From positions 1,488,001 through 1,552,000 of the forward strand of contig CDRNST010000028.1 of assembly GCA_977016875.1 (NCBI GenBank): 64,000 nucleotides of DNA, given 5' to 3'. This document shows, in pieces, positions 1 through 10,046 of the stretch. Positions within the stretch are counted from its first letter, which is position 1. The number at the start of each line of letters is the position of its first letter. Origin of the DNA: Pavona decussata. Lineage: Eukaryota. Both the position numbers and the translations under genes were made by a program. The notes under the pieces were generated by a model, which searched no databases, was not told the origin of the DNA, and was given only the letters and a program-made list of their open reading frames with translations.

Positions 1-554
1 AAACCTAGCGTGCAATACGTAGAAATGTTATCATAAACTTTGACCTGGGAGGGGAAACGACGCGCACGTGCAATGTCTTGTGGTGAGAGTTGTCTTTCGA
101 GAGATCACGAAACCAATATCGATAACAAAGCGAGCATTCCATTTAGGTCATTTAGGCAAAGCGTATTCTTAAAGGGTCATGTCATTATCTTAAAAATAGC
201 GGATAATCTGCTTGATATCCTACTTCCTACTGATGAATGATTATTTCATTTGAGATCACGCACAACAAAAAGCATCACTATGCTTTCTGTAAACTGTTTG
301 ATTGGCAGCTGTCAGTCAGCATCATATTCCGTCTGACACGTATCATGTGTTCGGTTGATAAGGGAATGGAACGAGGAATACCACGCTCACAAAGTTAAAA
401 CGAATAATACCCCCCCCCCCCCCCCACCTCGAAAGTAAACTCCTAAAAAATGTAGGCCCACGACTTTTGATTTTTACGGTATCAGTTACAAAATGAAATT
501 TGAAATAAAGACCAGTAATTAACTGTTGATTGACCACCGCGACAAAATAAAAGT

Positions 555-942
555 CAGGGGCACCCAACGACAGTTTTCTCTCAGATCCTTTGAAACGCTA
601 TCAGTAGGCTATCTGGAAAGTCTTTAAGGCTCTGTAGGTTCATTTTAGGCTGCGCTGTAATATTTTTATCTGTTCGGTCATTCTAGGGGAACTTCAGTCT
701 TTTCGAAATTACTAGGGCATTTTTGTCCATTTCCCGAAAACCTTAGGTCTTATTTCCTTTCCAAAAATCTTAGCTGACCTTTTTTCGGTACCCAAAACGA
801 CATTTTTATCAATCCGAATTCACTAGGCCTTAAATTTTCCATATCACGAAAGCTCAAGGTAAAAATTCCGCTCAGAAAATTGTAGGGGATTAAGGACCTT
901 CCGAACAGATAATTTACCGAAACGATCCGTTGGGTGCCCGTG
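555..942. mobile_element. MITE with CAGGGGCACCCAACG terminal inverted repeats
   Basis: caggggcacccaacg (555) versus cgttgggtgcccgtg (ends 942), one mismatch; flanked on both sides by AAAAGT (549-554, 943-948). Confidence 0.75.
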
Positions 943-1474
943 AAAAGTACCAGATCCCGGAAGGTTCTAATCAGCGAAAAATGGTAGACTGAAATAAACT
1001 AAAAAAAGAGCAAGGCTGATTAAGGTGGGGGTACACATGAATTTGGATGGAATTTTCAGAGGTTTAAGGAAGGGATAGAAGAAAGAAAATGATTTTTGGA
1101 ACACTAACAGACAGTTGATACCCACGGAAGAAAACCCCAGGTTGCTAGTGGACTAACTTGGTATCCGTCTATTAATTATTGACTACAAATTCTAATTTTA
1201 AAACTTCACTAAATCTTCAATATTTCTTATTTCTCTTAATTTTACTACTCTTTTGAGAAAAACTTTCTCCTCCCAAATATACCTAAAAATCACCCAAAAA
1301 TTTACAAAACACCCCAAAACATTGATTTGTGTAATGAGCATAGGGTTTTTGTATTGCTTGAAACGCTAACAAGATATTTCCGTTGAACCGATTTTAAGCG
1401 GCGTGAAAACGGCTTTCATGGCCCCCGCCTTAAACGGTCAGGGAAGTATATTTTTCCAAGGGGGACAAGCATCG

Positions 1475-1750
1475 ATGAGGAATACTGAAAATAAACTGGT
1501 TCTTCTATAGCCCCGTAACGATTGTGTAAGGAAACGTTTCACTTCAGGCAACAAAACCAGGTTATGGAACAGTCTATCTTCTGAACTACAATTGGTAACC
1601 GTCACAATGTCAAAAACGATTTCAAAATCAACCAGCCTTGTACGTAGTTTTGAGTAAGTTCAATTGATGTATAGTACCCTGGCAATTTTTTTCCTAAAAT
1701 AATTGCAATAAGCCGTAAGGAATTACCGTGTCTAAATAAAGCTACCTATC
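1475..1750 (+). mobile_element. 3' fragment of a CR1/L2-group LINE (decayed ORF2 C-terminus)
   Basis: Frame from 1478 reads RNTENKLVLL*PRNDCVRKRFTSGNKTRLWNSLSSELQ, matching the LxLPxPRT..KRSF....LWNSL C-terminal signature, with an in-frame stop; then a short UTR ending in AATAAA. Confidence 0.65.
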
Positions 1751-3796
1751 CAACAAGAACAGTCTTTTCTCTAAATGCAGTTTAGAAGAATGTCCTCTCG
1801 TTGTAGCCAACCATGCCTCTACTGTTCCAGTAGCTAATTCAGCCAGTATACTTCGAGAAAATGATAAGTCATTTTCGTAAAATTTTGCAGAAAAATTTGA
1901 GATTTTTCTTGTACCTTGCAGTGCTGCCTTCTACCTGCTGCTGCTTGCTACCTGTGTGCCAGTCCAATAGCAAATAGGTACTGAAAATTAAGAAAATATA
2001 GATTGCTGTTGTTGTTGTTGTTGTTGTGTACGTGTTTGGATTTCAATCGAGCCCCGTACCTTCGAAATTATACTTCACACAAAGTTAGGCTATGTTTTCT
2101 TTCCTTGCTACTGGCACCGCCTCGATTAACAATTTTATCTTTTTTGGGTAGCAATAATTTTATGTAAAATGTACAAAAATAACACAGAAAAAAGTTGGAT
2201 TTTTTTATAACTTACTATCATAAACAAGCCACTAAAAGTCAGGGAAACAGTTATTCAGAAGTAAAAGACCACAAGAACGAAACTGTGAAACGATAGACGT
2301 ATCGTACCATTAATTACTAAATAGCTGGAACAACTAATCAGAGTATTTCCTTTGGTCGAGATGCATATACCAGGTCATCATGTAATTTTCTAAAGCATAC
2401 ATATCCAATAGTTATTAATAATATTTTTAAATAGTTGTTCACTAGATAGAAAAAGCGTACCTTTCAAAGCTGAAATATCTCCAACTTATCGTGCAAAGTC
2501 ATGAAGCTGTGGCTTGTCCCTCGACTTTATAATTCGTTTTTTTCCGTGTCATGTGGTTTACCACCCTCTTGAATGTCTGGGAACTTTACATGATTTCGAT
2601 TGTCAAGGGAAAAGAATTGTTTTTTTTGGAGCACGAGAAATTAAAGATCACGAAAGTCTTCAGTTATAGGAAACTTGCACATCAACGACGTGACAGCTGG
2701 CACATACAGGACTTTGGCCTGGTGGTCTGGTGACAGCAGTCATGATTCTAATCATTCTTATTTTTATAATTAACCTTTTTATAGTGCACAGGAAGTTAGG
2801 GACAAAAGTTGAAGTATGAGAAAAGTTGTGTCGCTGAACCTGTGAAAGGCATTTTTTTTTATTTTCTACCCTGGGTTATAGAGACAAAATGCTTCGTTTG
2901 ATGCCCTCTTTTAATTTGTTTGTTTAACGTATTTTGCCTTGTGCATGACGATGCCAGAGCCGACAAACGGCTTAGACAGAAGATTAAACGTCCAAAAAGG
3001 GGAAATAAGGAAGTGGTCTACTTCCTGACGCCCAAGTCACTTCCAGGCTGAGGACCTCCCAATCCGGTACTGAGAGACTGAACGCAAACGTTTTATTATT
3101 TTTTCAGAGTGATTTGTTTTAGCAGAGGCCCTGGTTTCAGCAAACAAGGCTGACTAAGTTTAAAGAACTCTCCACCAAGGGTGAGGTTAATGAGAACTTC
3201 ACTGAGGAACTAACTCAAGAATTCTTTGCAATTTTGTTACAGTGCATGGAAATGATAACATAAAACCAAAAAATTTCACGTTTGATGCGATCGAGAGAAT
3301 AATAAAATAGTATATTGATTTGTTTTCGTTTTCCCAGTTTACTGGAATCTTTGTATATTTTTCAGACTATCCGTTAAAGTGTAAATAGTCAACATCAGAG
3401 TAAGGGAAAATTAAAATGCGAAGGATAAGTTAAAATGTACAAATAAATTTTCCAACAATCAAAACTGAACTGCGGCGAGATAGAAAGATGCTTCTGAGAT
3501 GGATTGTCGACAGTGGCTGTATATTAAAGATGTAGAAAAACTTTGGAGTATTACCTGGTTCAATATAGAATGTTACCTCTCAGAATTTCAGCGCGCAAGT
3601 TGGCGATCACTACCGTAATGAAGATCGCGAAAGTTTAACGCTCAAAGAAATTCGGGGCACGCATAACGCTGGTGTTTGGACGGAACTGACACTGCTGAAA
3701 CACGCCCCTAAAACAGGAGCATGACTCAGATAACACTGACCCATGACTCAGGAAAAGATGAAGATTCTTTCAGAGAAAATAAATATTGCTTGTTTA

Positions 3797-4115
3797 TGAT
3801 GATGATGAATCATTTATTAAATAGTACGCTTTGCAGTCTGGGAAACTGAATTGCGTGTCTCACACTGATATAAAAATAGATAATTACAATGAAACTATAA
3901 AAGACTACTATGCATCATTAATTAAAATATCAAATTTTTTTTTCATAATACAGCTAATCACATATGTAATGGCTTATAATGAAGGAATTCTTAAATCGAT
4001 CTGTTCTACACACAGGAGTGCCAAAAAGATTCCAGAGAAAATTTGGCTAGTTTCGTTCATGATGAGAGGGTACTGAAGGACAAAGGAAGGAACTGAGAAG
4101 AGTGTCGTTTGCAAA
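3797..4115 (-). mobile_element. 3' fragment of a non-LTR retrotransposon
   Basis: Minus strand reads TPVCRTDRFKNSFIISHYICD* (RTxRFKNSF ORF2 end), followed by aataaatgatt and a (CAT)n tail. Confidence 0.65.
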
Positions 4116-4284
4116 GAATCCGTTAATTGGAAAATTAAAAAGTTTGGTCTAAATGAACTATTCTAGCATTTCGGACGGAGGGTGATGAGACCGAAGCGAC
4201 TACACCAGTGTTTGTGAATATGTAACTGTTCAGATGAAGATGCACTCTGTAGAAATGCCGAATTAAGCAATGTAATGTGTTATG

Positions 4285-4586
4285 TTAGGGCAGTTTTCAA
4301 TTGACTTGTCAAAAGTAATTTCCCGCTTGCTTTGGTTCTGTTTCACTTCGCTCTGTGATTCGCTAACAAATTTCCCGCCACTTTCTCAACCAATGAGAAA
4401 CAAAACAAAAACAGTCCTGTCGTGCCTCGCTCGCACGCGTTTTCCCGCGCTTTGGGCCGGTTACATGTATTTGCTTCGAGTTCTGATTGGCTCATTGCGC
4501 TGTTTACAGTCTCATGATTAGCTAGAGAGGCTAGAGTAATAACTTTTGGTTTTGGTTTTACAACACTGAAATGAAAACTGAACTAA
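4285..4586. mobile_element. MITE (TTAG..GTTTTCA termini), common coral repeat type
   Basis: ttagggcagttttcaattgacttgt versus acaacactgaaatgaaaactgaactaa form imperfect TIRs. The family resemblance is from recall, not a search. Confidence 0.7.
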
Positions 4587-5296
4587 TAGAACATAGAAAT
4601 AACTTTTTCAGAGAATTTATGAGTGACTTAGCTCAATTTCATTTTCCACATTGAGCTGGCAAATTATTGCTTGCTAGATTTATTAATTGATGTTTTCTAA
4701 ATAATTTAATTATCATAACATTTTGAGCTCGGGAACCGCCAAATTAGATTGTATGTGCTAAAAGCATTAAGACCTGATTAAAACTTTTAAAATATAAGTT
4801 ACCTTTTTTACGGGAGGGCTGTTTTTCCGCACTGCAGATTTGACGCTGTTTTTAAATCCTGCTTTCAATCGATTAACAGCAAAGTTGAAAAATAATTTTT
4901 CCGTGCAGCGACAACATTAGCAAACGGAGTGTGAAAATAAGCTGAAAACTGCCTAGGACATTGATTGAAATAATCCCCTTAAAACCTCTTGTTGACATAT
5001 ACACCCTTTTATTTTTAGTATGGGCAATGTTTCCTGTGCATGCAGGGAGGTAGACTCACTCATCGTTGGCAGGGCTCACACGGGGGGAATCATGTCCTCT
5101 GTCAGTGTGTTGAGTGACTTCTCTATACAGTTAGAATAAGAGACGATAGCCGTCAGTCGTCAACTGCGATTATTATGGCAGCAAATTTTGATATACAGAG
5201 AAAAGACGAGGGTTTGGAGGTTTGGATGAGACTTCAACTCCATGAGTGGCTGCGACGTTAATAACAAAGGGAAGCAAAGAACAGAAGGAAACAAAC

Positions 5297-5331
5297 AGCA
5301 GCAGCAACAACAACAACAACAACAACAACAA
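5297..5331. repeat. (CAG)n(CAA)n microsatellite
   Basis: cagcagcaacaacaa...; explains the poly-C and poly-L ORFs at 5160..5408 and 5173..5358. Confidence 0.9.
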
Positions 5332-6159
5332 TGAGCAAATTCTGCAATAACGGTACAAACAACAAGACTAGAAAAAACAAGAAAGCTGCACGTGCACAAA
5401 GGAATCAACGTAATCGATAATAATTACGTTAGCTATTATGTATGGCATGTTCGATGTCACGATACATCTATCAACATGTTATGTTAGTAACAGTCTTCCT
5501 CTGAGTCAGACAAACCGTTACGCAATTCCAAAAAAGAACGGAAAACCGCACTGACGAAAAAAAAAAAATTGCTGTTCTTTCGACGAATTTCCTGTTACAA
5601 GGTGATTACGTTATACCGACACTGTGTCATGGTTAACTCGTTGAACACATGTTTCGACAACTATTTTGAGATTTGCCGTCGACTGTCGTCCTACGGATAA
5701 TTAATTTATACCTGCCAGGAGGTTGCAAGCAGGCTTTTTTTTCACCTCACCCTCTGCCATCATATCTTGTACTAACTTAAAGACAACCTCCAATGTTGAA
5801 ATTAATTCTTTATTGTTTTTATTTATTATTAATCAATATTTTAAATTTCAATTTCAATTAGTTTTGAAAACATGCAAGCAAGATACAGTGTAAGAAGAAC
5901 TACCTCGCGTGCGTATTATGACGTCATTAATTTGTCCAATCATTATAACAAAAACAACCTGTTGTTTTTGAGAAAATATACCCTGAAAAAAGCGAGAACC
6001 ACATTTTTCGTACGACAAAATATTGTAACGATCTACTCAGGGTTCACTAGATGACAATTTTTGAGTAGATATGCAGCAAATCTCAAAACAGTGGCATCCA
6101 CGTTTCGATTACTTCAGTCTTTTATGGAACATGTGTTCAACGAGTTGACCATGGCACCT

Positions 6160-6546
6160 CTGGGAATAGGGAGGGGTTTGCGGCTCGGTTCTTCAATTCA
6201 AACCGTGACCTTTTTTCAGACAGCAGACCTGGGCCGCTATCCGTTTTCAGACTGGGCTAAAAATTCCACACGATACTGTCGAGTCTCCCGTAAACGGACA
6301 CCCTTGGGGCCAGAAAAAGTGTCCGCTTAAGAGAGGTGTTCGCTTGTAGGAGGTTACAAACGGTAGTGTTTGTATGAAGCTGCGAACATGACCAAGTGTC
6401 CGCTTACGAGAGGTGTCCGCCCACGGGAGGTGTCCGTTATCGGAGGATCGACTGTATTTCAGAAAAAAATGGCCCAAGCACCATACTCTTTGACGTCGCA
6501 CTTACCTCGATACCCATGTAGCGTATATAGGAGAGTCCCCCCCGGG
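6160..6546. mobile_element. Decayed DNA element ending ...GGAGAGTCCCCCCCGGG, inserted in the right arm of the inverted duplication
   Basis: Interrupts the arm homology; the right end resembles the CCCGGGGGG-terminated coral MITE type; the left end is eroded. Confidence 0.5.
6274..6456. mobile_element. Tc1/mariner-pogo-type MITE with TA target duplication, nested
   Basis: TA-ctgtcgagtctcccgtaaacggacacc ... ggtgtccgttatcggaggatcgactg-TA, with internal repeats of gtgtccgctta. Confidence 0.8.
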
Positions 6547-6849
6547 AAGGGGGGGTGGTAATGACCTTCATGTAACAGGAAGTTCTTGCAACATCAGTTT
6601 TTGGCGGTTTTCCGTTAATTTCGGGAATTGTGCAACGGTTTTGATTCCAGGCCGCCGGGCAAATTTAACTCAGAGGGAGAGAGTAACATGTTGATAGATG
6701 TATCGTGATTTTGAACAAGGCTTAGCTAACATAATTATTGTCGGTTATGTAAACGAGATGATTGGTTCATTCAACAGATTCTTGTCTGCACGTACAGTTT
6801 TCTTGCTTTTTGTTTTACTCTTGTTGTTTTTACCGTTGTTGTATGAAAA

Positions 6850-7082
6850 TAACATAATAAATGACTTTATTTAAGTGTCCAAGTATTTAGCGCTGTAGCG
6901 CCATTTGGAGATACTATAAACCAGTGAAATAAATATGCAAACTGAAAAGAACATTGTTAAAAATCCCAACTGGTGGGAGACAGATCAGTTGGCTATTTAG
7001 AAAGCATTGCCTTGGAGCAGGACTCGAACCTGGGGCCTCCAGATTACACGTCCGGCGCCCCTAACCTCTAAGCCACGTCGCC
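6850..7082 (-). mobile_element. tRNA-derived SINE
   Basis: Minus strand A-box TGGCTTAGAGG (7075-7065) and B-box GGTTCGAGTCC (7030-7020); body tagccaactg..cagttgggat; 3' AATAAA and AT-rich tail. Confidence 0.8.
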
Positions 7083-7268
7083 ACACCGGAGTTGTAGTTT
7101 TTAGTCAGGTTTTGCTTGCAATGGCGATCAGCTATGGAATGACCCCCCAGGTTCTCTGAACAGGCGATAAACGTGTCGTCTTTTACACAAGAGCTTAAAT
7201 CATCCGTTAAATCTGTTAAGCCCTATAACCGTTCCCTGTGGTTTAATTTTTCAGCTTCCACGTAAGGC

Positions 7269-7696
7269 AGTTTTCAAGGTAACAGATTGAAACACCGAAG
7301 GTAAATAAAGCTCCCAGTTGGCTTCATAGCTCAGTTGGTAGAACACTGCACTGATTGGGAAAAGAGGGAAGAAGGAGGGGGTAACCACCTGACTTACAAA
7401 GTGCGAAATGACCTGACTTGTAGTTTTCAAGGTTACAGATTGAAACACCGGAGGTAAATAAAGCTCCCAGTTGGCTTCATAGCTGAGTTGGTAGAACACT
7501 GTACTGGTTGGGAAAAGAGAAAAGAACGAGGGGGTGACCGCAAACTAACAAAGAGCGAAATGACCTCGCAGAGGTTATGTTTCCAAATACTCAGTTTTGC
7601 AGCTGATAAAGTTACGTACATATCTGCGTTGGTCTCTTATTTATTAATTCTTTCATCCGCAGATCAAATTTATGAATATCACGTATTTCACTTGTA
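7269..7696 (+). repeat. Diverged 153-bp tandem duplication containing a tRNA-like SINE head, followed by the SINE body
   Basis: Units start at 7269 and 7422; each contains ctcccagttggcttcatagctSagttggtagaacactg (tRNA D-arm/A-box-like); no intact B-box. Confidence 0.75.
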
Positions 7697-7960
7697 GACC
7701 ATATCTGTTCGTCTGTATCGGACAACCGTCATGCTCACGAGCAAAAGTTGTATTTTGCGCCATGTTTGTCAGAGTTCCAGTTCTAAAATACCAGAGTTCA
7801 CCGGTGGAACAGATCAGTTCACTTTATATGACTCTCCTTGATCTAACTAATACTGTTTGCTCCGTGTTGAACACAAAGTGAACAAATTTCTGTGAAACCT
7901 CCTTTTGCCTCTGCGCACACGTTCTCCGCATCTCGCGATGGTCCAAGAAAGTCGGGTTTC

Positions 7961-8282
7961 TTAACAGCGGTTCCTGCTAAAACAGAAATATTTTTGCGCG
8001 GTTTATAACAACGCGGTAAAAGCATGTCTTGGCAAGTGTTATTTGAATCTGAAAAGAAAATTAAGGTAACAATGCATTTTTCAGGATAATAATAAAAACA
8101 ATTAAGCTTCAGTTTGGGGAAAAATGCTTTTTATGATTGTTTTGTTGCTTAATTATCTCTGAAAAATGAGTCGCTACCCCCAGTTTTCTTTGTAGATTCC
8201 AATAACCCTTGCTGAGGTCTGCTTTTCGCGCATAGTCATAAACTGCGCAAAAAACCTCTGTATTGGGATGTACCGTCCTTAA
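7961..8282. mobile_element. TTAA-flanked MITE with long (~100 bp) imperfect TIRs
   Basis: ttaacagcggttcc...tttttgcgcggtttataacaacgcggtaaaagc versus gcttttcgcgcatagtcataaactgcgcaaaaaa...gtaccgtccttaa. TTAA ends suggest the piggyBac or Kolobok superfamily. Confidence 0.7.
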
Positions 8283-9620
8283 TTATAACCTGTTGTTTGA
8301 TAAATTGAAAACTCATGAAAATGGTATTGATTGACACCTTTTCAGGCAAACGTAACCCTTTATTTATCTTGATGAAATTATGTTAACGGAACCATATAAA
8401 AACTCCATTCTTGGCCCGAAGTGGCAACAACTCAGTTTTCAACAATGCAAAAATTGCGACGGTTTTTTATTTATTAAATACGCTACTAATTAAATGCAAG
8501 TTGACAAATGAATGCGGTGGGTACAAATGCAAGCTATATATAACCTGTTTTTTTTTTTTAATTTGCGTTTTAAAAAGTTTGTTCCACTTAACAGCTGGTG
8601 TTAAAAATTGTGATTGCAATGGGCCATTCCACAATTGTCAGCTTTTGATATGGACGAAGTGACCATTTTCTTGATATCGCTGGAAAGAGCGCCAATAAAA
8701 CAGTCAATTTTGAGAATCATTTGTTGAGGAAATTGCACAGATATTTTCTTACGGGGTTGGGGTGAGAGAGGGAGGAACAAGGGTATCCGCTGACAAAGGA
8801 AGGACTCATCGATCTACAATTTACACCAGTGAGTCGACTCCCGCTATCTCAAACCACTAAAAAAAGGAAAAGAAAGCAAACAAACAAACAACTTCCTGAA
8901 GCAGTCCGAGAGAATCAGTATCCATTGTAAACATTGTGCCTGGGAAGTGAGATTCTACTTGAGATAGAGAATGGTTCGAGAGACGTAACAGTTATTCCAG
9001 GTAGGGGGTGTCTACTGTGTTTACGCAATCATAGTGAAAAGAAAAAAAATAATGATGCATTACTCAATGGCGTATAGTCAGATGGCCTCTCCCTCTGATT
9101 TCCCATCACCCCATAGATTAGCCACTAATGCTGGTAAAAATATCTTCAGTCTTAAAACGTATGAGTTGTCTGATTGAATCAAAATGAGACTGAGAATTTT
9201 GTTGGTAAGTTCCTGCGAGAGAGCTTATCCTTTCTTGGTTCTTGCCATTCTTGGAACATTTGATAAGGGCCGCGAACTTACTTACTCCACCTTCTGGGGC
9301 AGATTATGAAGTAATTTTGAGTGATTTAATTACTTTTGCACATCAGGAGGGAAGAATGTCATTGTACAGCTTTTATGAATTGTCGGGCAATATAACGAAA
9401 ATCGATCTCCATGAATCTCCAAGCCGAGAGACTATAAAAACCTCTTTTAAAACTGATGCACTTAGGCAGAATCATTTACAATATACTGTGTTGGGAAAAT
9501 GATGATTTTGGTACTACAACGTTTTCAGTTATGCTTTTATACAATTATTCCACTCTCTTAGTTTTAGCATTTCGGCATTATATTATAACAATTGTTATTT
9601 TTTGTAACTGAGCTAAACTT

Positions 9621-10046
9621 TTAACACATCATCGGCGACGACTCTATTCGGTTCCGTGACATCTCTCCCGACATTGGGCCGCCATTTGCCATATAAGGAA
9701 AATACTGTTCGTGATTTGGGTTAAAGTGAGGCTGAGACGAAGACGGCGTGAAATTTGGAGGTGAAAAGGCGTTGATGCTGTTATTGATCAGCTTCTGATA
9801 ATTTGCCTGTCTTTGCATGTTTGCCATTTCTTGGAAGTTGTGTTTGTTGGGCCAAGAGGCGCCATTAAATGTGAAATTGTTGAACTGTTGGGGAGGAACT
9901 TGGATGGATGGCTTTGTTGGATCTTGAACTTGCTGTATCGGCGGAGAGGGAGATTTCCTCTTCACCGCTGGTTTTGGTTTACTTTGCGCCCCTTGCTGTT
10001 GCTTGTTTTGTTGTCGAAACTTTGCCCTCCTGTTTTTAAACCATAC
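9621..10046 (-). CDS. otx: Otx-2 coding exon 3 ([13 protein letters not shown]..., Q/N/P/S-rich tail, TAA stop)
   Basis: tttgcctag|GTA TGG TTT AAA AAC; in frame with ORF 9621..9965 (27 further codons upstream). Confidence 0.96.
   Translation of the reverse strand, partial: VWFKNRRAKFRQQNKQQQGAQSKPKPAVKRKSPSPPIQQVQDPTKPSIQVPPQQFNNFTFNGASWPNKHNFQEMANMQRQANYQKLINNSINAFSPPNFTPSSSQPHFNPNHEQYFPYMANGGPMSGEMSRNRIESSPMMC

Larger units (their letters stand above)
5347..6841. repeat. Old inverted duplication (left arm ~5347-5677; right arm ~6076-6158 plus ~6558-6841)
   Basis: Reverse-complement matches include tcacgatacatctatcaacatgtta, aacggaaaaccgc, ttcctgttaca, aactcgttgaacacatgtt, ttttgagatttgc and ataattaYgttagcta. 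Confidence 0.8.

Noticed and set aside
5160-5408. Poly-Cys and poly-Leu ORFs
   Set aside because: They are translations of a (CAA)n microsatellite.
7321-7360. Possible functional tRNA gene
   Set aside because: Only the D-arm and half of the anticodon arm are present, with no T-arm/B-box or acceptor stem; it is a SINE head.
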